DNA of 64,000 nucleotides from Eledone cirrhosa (taxonomy: Eukaryota), in the NCBI GenBank assembly GCA_964016885.1, contig OZ024740.1, forward strand, positions 21,142,001-21,206,000, written 5' to 3'. Made by a program: the position numbers and the translations under genes. Shown here in pieces: positions 1-14,373 of the stretch. A model generated the notes under the pieces. That model ran no database searches. It saw nothing but the letters and a program-made list of their open reading frames with translations, and had not been told where the DNA came from. The stretch's first letter is position 1; each line of letters starts with the position of its first letter.

Positions 1-1885
1 TTCTTTCAATGTTATATTATCAGACAGTATATCTTCGACTACATTAGACAATATACCATTCCTTCTTTCAATGTGATATTATCAGACAGTATATCTTGGA
101 CAACATTCGACAATGTACCATTCTTTCTTTCAAGGTGATATTATCAGACAGTATATCTTGGACTACAATAGACAATGTACCATTCCTACTTTCAATGTGA
201 TATTAACAGACAGTATATCTTGGACAACATTAGACAATGTACCATTCCTTCTTTCAATGTGATATTATCAGACAGTATATCATGGACTACATTATACAAT
301 GTACCATTCCTTCTTTCAATGTTATATTATCAGACTGTATATCTTGGACTACATTAGACAATATACCATTCCTTCTTTCAATGTGATATTATCAGACAGT
401 ATATCTTGGACAACATTAGACAATGTACCATTCTTTCTTTCAAGGTGATATTATCAGACAGTATATCTTGGACTACAATAGACAATGTACCATTCCTACT
501 TTCAATGTGATATTATCAGACAGTATATCTTTGACTACATTAGACAATGTACCATCACTTCTTTCAATGTGATATTATCAGACAGTATATCATGGACTAC
601 ATTATACAATGTACCATTCCTTCTTTCTATGTTATATTATCAGACTGTATATCTTGGACTACATTAGACAATATACCATTCCTTCTTTCAATGTGATATT
701 ATCAGACAGTATATCTTGGACTACATTAGACAATGTAGCATTCCTTCTTTCAATGTGATATTATCAGACAGTATATCTTGGACTACATTATACAATGTAC
801 CATTCCTTCTTTCAATGTTATATTATCAGACTGTATATCTTGGACTACATTAGACAATATACCATTCCTTCTTTCAATGTGATATTATCAGACAGTATAT
901 CTTGGACTACATTAGACAATGTATCGTTCCTTCTTTCAATGTGATATTATCAGACAGTATACCTTGGACAACATTAGACAATATACCATTCCTTCTTTCA
1001 ATGTGATATTATCAGACAGTATATATTGGACTACATTAGACAATGTACCATTCCTTCTTTCAAGGTGATATTATCAGACAGTATATCTTGGACTACATTA
1101 GACAATGTACCATTCCTTCTATCAAAGTGATATTATCAGACAGTATATCTTGGACTACATTAGACAATGTACCATTCCTTCTTTCAATGTTATATTATCA
1201 GACAGTATATCTTCGACTACATTAGACAATATACCATTCCTTCTTTCAATGTGATATTATCAGACAGTATATCTTGGACAACATTCGACAATGTACCATT
1301 CTTTCTTTCAAGGTGATATTATCAGACAGTATATCTTGGACTACAATAGACAATGTACCATTCCTACTTTCAATGTGATATTAACAGACAGTATATCTTG
1401 GACTACATTAGACAATGTACCATTGCTTCTTTCAATGTGATATTATCAGACAGTATATCTTGGACTACATTAGACAATGTACCATTCCTTCTTTCAATGT
1501 GATATTATCAGACAGTATATCATGGACTACATTATACAATGTACCATTCCTTCTTTCAATGTTATATTATCAGACTGTATATCTTGGACTACATTAGACA
1601 ATATACCATTCCTTCTTTCAATGTGATATTATCAGACAGTATATCTTGGACTACATTAGACAATGTACCATTCCTTCTTTCAATGTGATATTATCAGACA
1701 GTATATCTTGGACTACATTAGACAATGTACCATTCCTTCTTTCAATGGGATATTATCAGACAGTATATCTTGGACTACATTAGACAATGTACCATTTCTT
1801 CTTTCAAGTTGATATTATCAGACAGTATATCTTGGACTACATTAGACAATGTACCATTCCTTCTTTCAATGTGATATTATCAGAC

Positions 1886-1972
1886 TGCGTAATGTAGTCC
1901 AAGATATACTGTCTGATAATATCACATTGAAAGAAGGAATGGTACATTGTCTAATGTAGTCCAAGATATACT
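1886..1972 (-). repeat. 87-bp inverted satellite segment, TGCGT allele
   Basis: CAGAC|TGCGTAATGTAGTCC...GAAAGAAGGAATGGTACAT...AGATATACT|ATGTACC is the reverse complement of 1.4 monomers. Confidence 0.97.
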
Positions 1973-3932
1973 ATGTACCATTCCTTCTTTCAATGTCATA
2001 TTATCAGACAGTATATCTTCGACTACAATAGACAATGTACCATTCCTACTTTCAATGTGATATTAACAGACAGTATATCTTGGACTACATTAGACAATGT
2101 ACCATTCCTTCTTTCAATGTGATATTATCAGACAGTATATCATGGACTACATTATACAATGTACCATTCCTTCTTTCAATGTTATATTATCAGACTGTAT
2201 ATCTTGGACTACATTAGACAATATACCATTCCTTCTTTCAATGTGATATTATCAGACAGTATATCTTGGACTACATTAGACAATGTATCGTTCCTTCTTT
2301 CAATGTGATATTATCAGACAGTATACCTTGGACAACATTAGACAATATACCATTCCTTCTTTCAATGTGATATTATCAGACAGTATATATTGGACTACAT
2401 TAGACAATGTACCATTCCTTCTTTCAAGGTGATATTATCAGACAGTATATCTTGGACTACATTAGACAATGTAGCATTCCTTCTTTCAATGTGATATTAT
2501 CAGACAGTATATCTTGGACTACATTATACAATGTACCATTCCTTCTTTCAATGTTATATTATCAGACTGTATATCTTGGACTACATTAGACAATATACCA
2601 TTCCTTCTTTCAATGTGATATTACCAGACAGTATATCTTGGACTACATTAGACAATGTATCGTTCCTTCTTTCAATGTGATATTATCAGACAGTATACCT
2701 TGGACAACATTAGACAATATACCATTCCTTCTTTCAATGTGATATTATCAGACAGTATATATTGGACTACATTAGACAATGTATCATTCCTTCTTTCAAG
2801 GTGATATTATCAGACAGTATATCTTGGACTACATTAGACAATGTACCATTCCTTCTATCAAAGTTATATTATCAGACAGTATATCTTGGACTACATTAGA
2901 CAATGTACCATTCCTTCTTTCAAGGTGATATTATCAGACAGTATATCTTGGACTACATTAGACAATGTACCATTCCTTCTTTCAATGTTATATTATCAGA
3001 CAGTATATCTTCGACTACATTAGACAATATACCATTCCTTCTTTCAATGTGATATTATCAGACAGTATATCTTGGACAACATTCGACAATGTACCATTCT
3101 TTCTTTCAAGGTGATATTATCAGACAGTATATCTTGGACTACATTAGACAATGTACCATTCCTTCTATCAAAGTGATATTATCAGACAGTATATCTTGTG
3201 ACTACATTAGACAATGTACCATTCCTTCTTTCAATGTTATATTATCAGACAGTATATCTTCGACTACATTAGACAATATACCATTCCTTCTTTCAATGTG
3301 ATATTATCAGACAGTATATCTTGGACAACATTCGACAATGTACCATTCTTTCTTTCAAGGTGATATTATCAGACAGTATATCTTGGACTACAATAGACAA
3401 TGTACCATTCCTACTTTCAATGTGATATTAACAGACAGTATATCTTGGACTACATTAGACAATGTACCATTCCTTCTTTCAATGTGATATTATCAGACAG
3501 TATATCTTGGACTACATTAGACAATGTACCATTCCTTCTTTCAATGTGATATTATCAGACAGTATATCATGGACTACATTATACAATGTACCATTCCTTC
3601 TTTCAATGTTATATTATCAGACTGTATATCTTGGACTACATTAGACAATATACCATTCCTTCTTTCAATGTGATATTATCAGACAGTATATCTTGGACTA
3701 CATTAGACAATGTACCATTCCTTCTTTCAATGTGATATTATCAGACAGTATATCTTGGACTACATTAGACAATGTACCATTCCTTCTTTCAATGGGATAT
3801 TATCAGACAGTATATCCTGGACTACATTAGACAATGTACCATTTCTTCTTTCAAGTTGATATTATCAGACAGTATATCTTGGACTACATTAGACAATGTA
3901 CCATTCCTTCTTTCAATGTGATATTATCAGAC

Positions 3933-4019
3933 TGCGTAATGTAGTCCAAGATATACTGTCTGATAATATCACATTGAAAGAAGGAATGGTACATTGTCTA
4001 ATGTAGTCCAAGATATACT
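3933..4019 (-). repeat. 87-bp inverted satellite segment, TGCGT allele
   Basis: Same reverse-complement block and breakpoints. Confidence 0.97.
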
Positions 4020-5172
4020 ATGTACCATTCCTTCTTTCAATGTCATATTATCAGACAGTATATCTTCGACTACAATAGACAATGTACCATTCCTACTTTC
4101 AATGTGATATTAACAGACAGTATATCTTGGACTACATTAGACAATGTACCATTCCTTCTTTCAATGTGATATTATCAGACAGTATATCATGGACTACATT
4201 ATACAATGTACCATTCCTTCTTTCAATGTTATATTATCAGACTGTATATCTTGGACTACATTAGACAATATACCATTCCTTCTTTCAATGTGATATTATC
4301 AGACAGTATATCTTGGACTACATTAGACAATGTACCATTCCTTCTTTCAATGTGATATTATCAGACAGTATACCTTGGACTGCATTAGACAATGTACCAT
4401 TCCTTCGTTCAAGGTGATATTATCAGACAGTATATCTTGGACTACACTAGACAATGTACCATTCCTTCTTTCAAGGTGATATTATCAGACAGTATATCTT
4501 GGACTAAATTAGACAATGTACCAGTCCTTCTTTCAATGTCATATTATCAGACAGTATATCTTGGACTTCATTAGACAATATACCATTCCTTCTTTCAATG
4601 TGATATTATCAGACAGTATATCTTGGACTACATTAGACAATGTACCATTCCTTCTTTCAAGGTGATATTATCAGACAGTATATCTTGGACTACATTAGAC
4701 AATGTACCATTCCTTCTTTCAATGTTATATTATCAGACAGTATATCTTGGACTACAATAGACAATGTACCATTCCTACTTTCAATGTGATATTATCAGAC
4801 AGTATATCTTTGACTACATTAGACAATGTACCATTCCTTCTTTCAATGTGATATTATCAGACAGTATATCATGGACTACATTATACAATGTACCATTCCT
4901 TCTTTCAATGTTATATTATCAGACTGTATATCTTGGACTACATTAGACGATATACCATTCCTTCTTTCAATGTGATATTATCAGACAGTATATCTTGGAC
5001 TACATTAGACAATGTACCATTCCTTCTTTCAAGGTGATATTATCAGACAGTATATCTTGGACTACATTAGACAATGTACCATTTCTTCTTTCAAGTTGAT
5101 ATTATCAGACAGTATATCTTGGACTACATTAGACAATGTACCATTCCTTCTTTCAATGTGATATTATCAGAC

Positions 5173-5259
5173 TGCGTAATGTAGTCCAAGATATACTGTC
5201 TGATAATATCACATTGAAAGAAGGAATGGTACATTGTCTAATGTAGTCCAAGATATACT
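5173..5259 (-). repeat. 87-bp inverted satellite segment, TGCGT allele
   Basis: Same block and breakpoints. Confidence 0.97.
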
Positions 5260-8200
5260 ATGTACCATTCCTTCTTTCAATGTCATATTATCAGACAGTA
5301 TATCTTCGACTACAATAGACAATGTACCATTCCTACTTTCAATGTGATATTAACAGACAGTATATCTTGGACTACATTAGACAATGTACCATTCCTTCTT
5401 TCAATGTGATATTATCAGACAGTATATCATGGACTACATTATACAATGTACCATTCCTTCTTTCAATGTTATATTATCAGACTGTATATCTTGGACTACA
5501 TTAGACAATATACCATTCCTTCTTTCAATGTGATATTATCAGACAGTATATCTTGGACTACATTAGACAATGTACCATTCCTTCTTTCAATGTGATATTA
5601 TCAGACAGTATACCTTGGACTGCATTAGACAATGTACCATTCCTTCGTTCAAGGTGATATTATCAGACAGTATATCTTGGACTACACTAGACAATCTACC
5701 ATTCCTTCTTTCAAGGTGATATTATCAGACAGTATATCTTGGACTAAATTAGACAATGTACCAGTCCTTCTTTCAATGTCATATTATCAGACAGTATATC
5801 TTGGACTTCATTAGACAATATACCATTCCTTCTTTCAATGTGATATTATCAGACAGTATATCTTGGACTACATTAGACAATGTACCATTCCTTCTCTCAA
5901 GGTGATATTATCAGACAGTATAACTTGGACTACATTAGACAATGTACCATTCCTTCTTTCAATGTTATATTATCAGACAGAATATCTTGGACTACAATAG
6001 ACAATGTACCATTCCTACTTTCAATGTGATATTATCAGACAGTATATCTTTGACTACATTAGACAATGTACCATTCCTTCTTTCAATGTGATATTATCAG
6101 ACAGTATATCATGGACTACATTATACAATGTACCATTCCTTCTTTCAATGTTATATTATCAGACTGTATATCTTGGACTACATTAGACAATATACCATTC
6201 CTTCTTTCAATGTGATATTATCAGACAGTATATCTTGGACTACATTAGACAATGTACCATTCCTTCTTTCAAGGTGATATTATCAGACAGTATATCTTGG
6301 ACTACATTAGACAATGTACCATTCCTTCTTTCAAGGTGATATTATCAGACAGTATATCTTGGACTACATTAGACAATGTACTATTCCTTCTTTCAAGGTG
6401 ATATTATCAGACAGTATATCTTGGACTACATTAGACAATGTACCATTCCTTCTTTCAATGTTATATTATCAGACAGTATATCTTCGACTACATTAGACAA
6501 TATACCATTCCTTCTTTCAATGTGATATTATCAGACAGTATATCTTGGATAACATTCGACAATGTACCATTCTTTCTTTCAAGGTGATATTATCAGACAG
6601 TATATCTTGGACTACAATAGACAATGTACCATTCCTACTTTCAATGTGATATTAACAGACAGTATATCTTGGACAACATTAGACAATGTACCATTCCTTC
6701 TTTCAATGTGATATTATCAGACAGTATATCATGGACTACATTATACAATGTACCATTCCTTCTTTCAATGTTATATTATCAGACTGTATATCTTGGACTA
6801 CATTAGACAATATACCATTCCTTCTTTCAATGTGATATTATCAGACAGTATATCTTGGACAACATTAGACAATGTACCATTCTTTCTTTCAAGGTGATAT
6901 TATCAGACAGTATATCTTGGACTACAATAGACAATGTACCATTCCTACTTTCAATGTGATATTATCAGACAGTATATCTTTGACTACATTAGACAATGTA
7001 CCATCACTTCTTTCAATGTGATATTATCAGACAGTATATCATGGACTACATTATACAATGTACCATTCCTTCTTTCTATGTTATATTATCAGACTGTATA
7101 TCTTGGACTACATTAGACAATATACCATTCCTTCTTTCAATGTGATATTATCAGACAGTATATCTTGGACTACATTAGACAATGTAGCATTCCTTCTTTC
7201 AATGTGATATTATCAGACAGTATATCTTGGACTACATTATACAATGTACCATTCCTTCTTTCAATGTTATATTATCAGACTGTATATCTTGGACTACATT
7301 AGACAATATACCATTCCTTCTTTCAATGTGATATTATCAGACAGTATATCTTGGACTACATTAGACAATGTATCGTTCCTTCTTTCAATGTGATATTATC
7401 AGACAGTATACCTTGGACAACATTAGACAATATACCATTCCTTCTTTCAATGTGATATTATCAGACAGTATATATTGGACTACATTAGACAATGTACCAT
7501 TCCTTCTTTCAAGGTGATATTATCAGACAGTATATCTTGGACTACATTAGACAATGTACCATTCCTTCTATCAAAGTGATATTATCAGACAGTATATCTT
7601 GGACTACATTAGACAATGTACCATTCCTTCTTTCAAGGTGATATTATCAGACAGTATATCTTGGACTACATTAGACAATGTACCATTCCTTCTTTCAATG
7701 TTATATTATCAGACAGTATATCTTCGACTACATTAGACAATATACCATTCCTTCTTTCAATGTGATATTATCAGACAGTATATCTTGGACAACATTCGAC
7801 AATGTACCATTCTTTCTTTCAAGGTGATATTATCAGACAGTATATCTTGGACTACAATAGACAATGTACCATTCCTACTTTCAATGTGATATTAACAGAC
7901 AGTATATCTTGGACTACATTAGACAATGTACCATTGCTTCTTTCAATGTGATATTATCAGACAGTATATCTTGGACTACATTAGACAATGTACCATTCCT
8001 TCTTTCAATGTGATATTATCAGACAGTATATCATGGACTACATTATACAATGTACCATTCCTTCTTTCAATGTTATATTATCAGACTGTATATCTTGGAC
8101 TACATTAGACAATATACCATTCCTTCTTTCAATGTGATATTATCAGACAGTATATCTTGGACTACATTAGACAATGTACCATTCCTTCTTTCAATGTGAT

Positions 8201-8396
8201 ATTATCAGACAGTATATCTTGGACTACATTAGACAATGTACCATTCCTTCTTTCAATGGGATATTATCAGACAGTATATCTTGGACTACATTAGACAATG
8301 TACCATTTCTTCTTTCAAGTTGATATTATCAGACAGTATATCTTGGACTACATTAGACAATGTACCATTCCTTCTTTCAATGTGATATTATCAGAC

Positions 8397-8483
8397 TGCG
8401 TAATGTAGTCCAAGATATACTGTCTGATAATATCACATTGAAAGAAGGAATGGTACATTGTCTAATGTAGTCCAAGATATACT
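8397..8483 (-). repeat. 87-bp inverted satellite segment, TGCGT allele
   Basis: Same block and breakpoints. Confidence 0.97.
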
Positions 8484-10194
8484 ATGTACCATTCCTTCTT
8501 TCAATGTCATATTATCAGACAGTATATCTTCGACTACAATAGACAATGTACCATTCCTACTTTCAATGTGATATTAACAGACAGTATATCTTGGACTACA
8601 TTAGACAATGTACCATTCCTTCTTTCAATGTGATATTATCAGACAGTATATCATGGACTACATTATACAATGTACCATTCCTTCTTTCAATGTTATATTA
8701 TCAGACTGTATATCTTGGACTACATTAGACAATATACCATTCCTTCTTTCAATGTGATATTATCAGACAGTATATCTTGGACTACATTAGACAATGTATC
8801 GTTCCTTCTTTCAATGTGATATTATCAGACAGTATACCTTGGACAACCTTAGACAATATACCATTCCTTCTTTCAATGTGATATTATCAGACAGTATATA
8901 TTGGACTACATTAGACAATGTACCATTCCTTCTTTCAAGGTGATATTATCAGACAGTATATCTTGGACTACATTAGACAATGTAGCATTCCTTCTTTCAA
9001 TGTGATATTATCAGACAGTATATCTTGGACTACATTATACAATGTACCATTCCTTCTTTCAATGTTATATTATCAGACTGTATATCTTGGACTACATTAG
9101 ACAATATACCATTCCTTCTTTCAATGTGATATTACCAGACAGTATATCTTGGACTACATTAGACAATGTATCGTTCCTTCTTTCAATGTGATATTATCAG
9201 ACAGTATACCTTGGACAACATTAGACAATATACCATTCCTTCTTTCAATGTGATATTATCAGACAGTATATATTGGACTACATTAGACAATGTATCATTC
9301 CTTCTTTCAAGGTGATATTATCAGACAGTATATCTTGGACTACATTAGACAATGTACCATTCCTTCTATCAAAGTTATATTATCAGACAGTATATCTTGG
9401 ACTACATTAGACAATGTACCATTCCTTCTTTCAAGGTGATATTATCAGACAGTATATCTTGGACTACATTAGACAATGTACCATTCCTTCTTTCAAGGTT
9501 ATATTATCAGACAGTATATCTTCGACTACATTAGACAATATACCATTCCTTCTTTCAATGTGATATTATCAGACAGTATATCTTGGACAACATTCGACAA
9601 TGTACCATTCTTTCTTTCAAGGTGATATTATCAGACAGTATATCTTGGACTACAATAGACAATGTACCATTCCTACTTTCAATGTGATATTAACAGACAG
9701 TATATCTTGGACTACATTAGACAATGTACCATTCCTTCTTTCAATGTGATATTATCAGACAGTATATCTTGGACTACATTAGACAATGTACCATTCCTTC
9801 TTTCAATGTGATATTATCAGACAGTATATCATGGACTACATTATACAATGTACCATTCCTTCTTTCAATGTTATATTATCAGACTGTATATCTTGGACTA
9901 CATTAGACAATATACCATTCCTTCTTTCAATGTGATATTATCAGACAGTATATCTTGGACTACATTAGACAATGTACCATTCCTTCTTTCAATGTGATAT
10001 TATCAGACAGTATATCTTGGACTACATTAGACAATGTTCCATTCCTTCTTTCAATGGGATATTATCAGACAGTATATCTTGGACTACATTAGACAATGTA
10101 CCATTTCTTCTTTCAAGTTGATATTATCAGACAGTATATCTTGGACTACATTAGACAATGTACCATTCCTTCTTTCAATGTGATATTATCAGAC

Positions 10195-10281
10195 TGCGTA
10201 ATGTAGTCCAAGATATACTGTCTGATAATATCACATTGAAAGAAGGAATGGTACATTGTCTAATGTAGTCCAAGATATACT
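10195..10281 (-). repeat. 87-bp inverted satellite segment, TGCGT allele
   Basis: Same block and breakpoints. Confidence 0.97.
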
Positions 10282-10876
10282 ATGTACCATTCCTTCTTTC
10301 AATGTCATATTATCAGACAGTATATCTTCGACTACAATAGACAATGTACCATTCCTACTTTCAATGTGATATTAACAGACAGTATATCTTGGACTACATT
10401 AGACAATGTACCATTCCTTCCTTCAATGTGATATTATCAGACAGTATATCATGGACTACATTATACAATGTACCATTCCTTCTTTCAATGTTATATTATC
10501 AGACTGTATATCTTGGACTACATTAGACAATATACCATTCCTTCTTTCAATGTGATATTATCAGACAGTATATCTTGGACTACATTAGACAATGTACCAT
10601 TCCTTCTTTCAATGTGATATTATCAGACGGTATATCTTGGACTGCATTAGACAATGTACCATTCCTTCGTTCAAGGTGATATTATCAGACAGTATATCTT
10701 GGACTACACTAGACAATGTACCATTCCTTCTTTCAAGGTGATATTATCAGACAGTATATCTTGGACTACATTAGACAATGTACCATTCCTTATTTCAATG
10801 TGATATTATCAGACAGTGTATCTTGCACTACATTAGACAATGTACCATTCCTTCTGTCAATGTGATATTATCAGAC

Positions 10877-10963
10877 TGCCTAATGTAGTCCAAGATATAC
10901 TGTCTGATAATATCACATTGAAAGAAGGAATGGTACATTGTCTAATGTAGTCCAAGATATACT
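10877..10963 (-). repeat. 87-bp inverted satellite segment, TGCCT allele
   Basis: Same block, preceded by the TTCTGTCAAT monomer variant. Confidence 0.97.
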
Positions 10964-13900
10964 ATGTACCATTCCTTCTTTCAATGTCATATTATCAGAC
11001 AGTATATCTTCGACTACAATAGACAATGTACCATTCCTACTTTCAATGTGATATTAACAGACATTATATCTTGGACTACATTAGACAATGTACCATTCCT
11101 TCTTTCAATGTGATATTATCAGACAGTATATCATGGACTACATTATACAATGTACCATTCCTTCTTTCAATGTTATATTATCAGACTGTATATCTTGGAC
11201 TACATTTGACAATATACCATTCCTTCTTTCAATGTGATATTATCAGACAGTATATATTGGACTACATTAGACAATGTACCATTCCTTCTTTCAATGTGAT
11301 ATTATCAGACAGTATATCTTGGACTGCATTAGACAATGTACCATTCCTTCGTTCAAGGTGAAATTATCAGACAGTATATCTTGGACTACACTAGACAATG
11401 TACCATTCCTTCTTTCAAGGTGATATTATCAGACAGTATATCTTGGACTAAATTAGACAATGTACCATTCCTTCTTTCAATGTCATATTATCAGACAGTA
11501 TATCTTGGACTACATTAGACAATGTACCATTCCTTCTTTCAAGGTGATATTATCAGACAGTATATCTTGGACTACATTAGACAATGTACCATTCCTTCTT
11601 TCAAGGTGATATTATCAGACAGTATATCTTGGACTACATTAGACAATGTACCATTCCTTCTTTCAAGGTGATATTATCAGACAGTATATCTTGGACTACA
11701 TTAGACAATGTACCATTCCTTCTTTCAATGTTATATTATCAGACAGTATATCTTCGACTACATTAGACAATATACCATTCCTTCTTTCAATGTGATATTA
11801 TCAGACAGTATATCTTGGATAACATTAGACAATGTACCATTCTTTCTTTCAAGGTGATATTATCAGACAGTATATCTTGGACTACAATAGACAATGTACC
11901 ATTCCTACTTTCAATGTGATATTATCAGACAGTATATCTTTGACTACATTAGACAATGTACCATCACTTCTTTCAATGTGATATTATCAGACAGTATATC
12001 ATGGACTACATTATACAATGTACCATTCCTTCTTTCTATGTTATATTATCAGACTGTATATCTTGGACTACATTAGACAATATACCATTCCTTCTTTCAA
12101 GGTGATATTATCAGACAGTATATCTTGGACTTCATTAGACAATATACCATTCCTTCTTTCAATGTGATATTATCAGACATTATATCTTGGACTACATTAG
12201 ACAATGTACCATTCCTTCTTTCAAGGTGATATTATCAGACAGTATATCTTGGACTACATTAGACAATGTACCATTCCTTCTTTCAAGGTGATATTATCAG
12301 ACAGTATATCTTGGACTACATTAGACAATGTACCATTCCTTCTTTCAAGGTGATATTATCAGACAGTATATCTTGGACTACATTAGACAATGTACCATTC
12401 CTTCTTTCAATGTTATATTATCAGACAGTATATCTTCGACTACATTAGACAATATACCATTCCTTCTTTCAATGTGATATTATCAGACAGTATATCTTGG
12501 ACAACATTAGACAATGTACCATTCTTTCTTTCAAGGTGATATTATCAGACAGTATATCTTGGACTACAATAGACAATGTACCATTCCTACTTTCAATGTG
12601 ATATTATCAGACAGTATATCTTTGACTACATTAGACAATGTACCATCACTTCTTTCAATGTGATATTATCAGACAGTATATCATGGACTACATTATACAA
12701 TGTACCATTCCTTCTTTCTATGTTATATTATCAGACTGTATATCTTGGACTACATTAGACAATATACCATTCCTTCTTTCAATGTGATATTATCAGACAG
12801 TATATCTTGGACTACATTAGACAATGTAGCATTCCTTCTTTCAATGTGATATTATCAGACAGTATATCTTGGACTACATTATACAATGTACCATTCCTTC
12901 TTTCAATGTTATATTATCAGACTGTATATCTTGGACTACATTAGACAATATACCATTCCTTCTTTCAATGTGATATTATCAGACAGTATATCTTGGACAA
13001 CATTAGACAATGTACCATTCTTTCTTTCAAGGTGATATTATCAGACAGTATATCTTGGACTACAATAGACAATGTACCATTCCTACTTTCAATGTGATAT
13101 TATCAGACAGTATATCTTTGACTACATTAGACAATGTACCATCACTTCTTTCAATGTGATATTATCAGACAGTATATCATGGACTACATTATACAATGTA
13201 CCATTCCTTCTTTCTATGTTATATTATCAGACTGTATATCTTGGACTACATTAGACAATATACCATTCCTTCTTTCAAGGTGATATTATCAGACAGTATA
13301 TCTTGGACTTCATTAGACAATATACCATTCCTTCTTTCAATGTGATATTATCAGACAGTATATCTTGGACTACATTAGACAATGTACCATTCCTTCTTTC
13401 AAGGTGATATTATCAGACAGTATATCTTGGACTACATTAGACAATGTACCATTCCTTCTTTCAAGGTGATATTATCAGACAGTATATCTTGGACTACATT
13501 AGACAATGTACCATTCCTTCTTTCAAGGTGATATTATCAGACAGTATATCTTGGACTACATTAGACAATGTACCATTCCTTCTTTCAATGTTATATTATC
13601 AGACAGTATATCTTCGACTACATTAGACAATATACCATTCCTTCTTTCAATGTGATATTATCAGACAGTATATCTTGGACAACATTAGACAATGTACCAT
13701 TCTTTCTTTCAAGGTGATATTATCAGACAGTATATCTTGGACTACAATAGACAATGTACCATTCCTACTTTCAATGTGATATTATCAGACAGTATATCTT
13801 TGACTACATTAGACAATGTACCATCACTTCTTTCAATGTGATATTATCAGACAGTATATCATGGACTACATTATACAATGTACCATTCCTTCTTTCTATG

Positions 13901-14286
13901 TTATATTATCAGACTGTATATCTTGGACTACATTAGACAATATACCATTCCTTCTTTCAATGTGATATTATCAGACAGTATATCTTGGACTACATTAGAC
14001 AATGTAGCATTCCTTCTTTCAATGTGATATTATCAGACAGTATATCTTGGACTACATTATACAATGTACCATTCCTTCTTTCAATGTTATATTATCAGAC
14101 TGTATATCTTGGACTACATTAGACAATATACCATTCCTTCTTTCAATGTGATATTATCAGACAGTATATCTTGGACTACATTAGACAATGTATCGTTCCT
14201 TCTTTCAATGTGATATTATCAGACAGTATACCTTGGACGACATTAGACAATGTACCATTCCTACTTTCAATGTGATATTATCAGAC

Positions 14287-14373
14287 TGCGTAATGTAGTC
14301 CAAGATATACTGTCTGATAATATCACATTGAAAGAAGGAATGGTACATTGTCTAATGTAGTCCAAGATATACT
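14287..14373 (-). repeat. 87-bp inverted satellite segment, TGCGT allele
   Basis: Same block and breakpoints. Confidence 0.97.

Larger units (their letters stand above)
1..10590 (+). repeat. Block duplication with about 6.3-6.5 kb offset (approx. 1-4300 versus 6450-10590), plus an internal 20-monomer (1240 bp) tandem duplication
   Basis: Matching variant monomers: 175/6624, 485/6934, 1415/7926 (CATTGCTT), 2407/8918, 2841/9352, 3462/9724. The 1240-bp offsets are 3933/5173, 4392/5632 and 4764/6004. Boundaries are approximate. Confidence 0.8.

Noticed and set aside
71-90. Fur-box-like or operator-like palindrome TGATATTATCA
   Set aside because: It is shorter than and differs from the 7-1-7 TGATAAT-N-ATTATCA Fur motif, and there is no gene or prokaryotic context.
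1886-1972. Inverted patches as MITE or transposon insertions, or as a recombinase-driven invertible switch
   Set aside because: There is no foreign sequence, no length gain, no target-site duplication, no flanking inverted recombination site and no recombinase gene. Shared flanking variants point to one event that was later copied.
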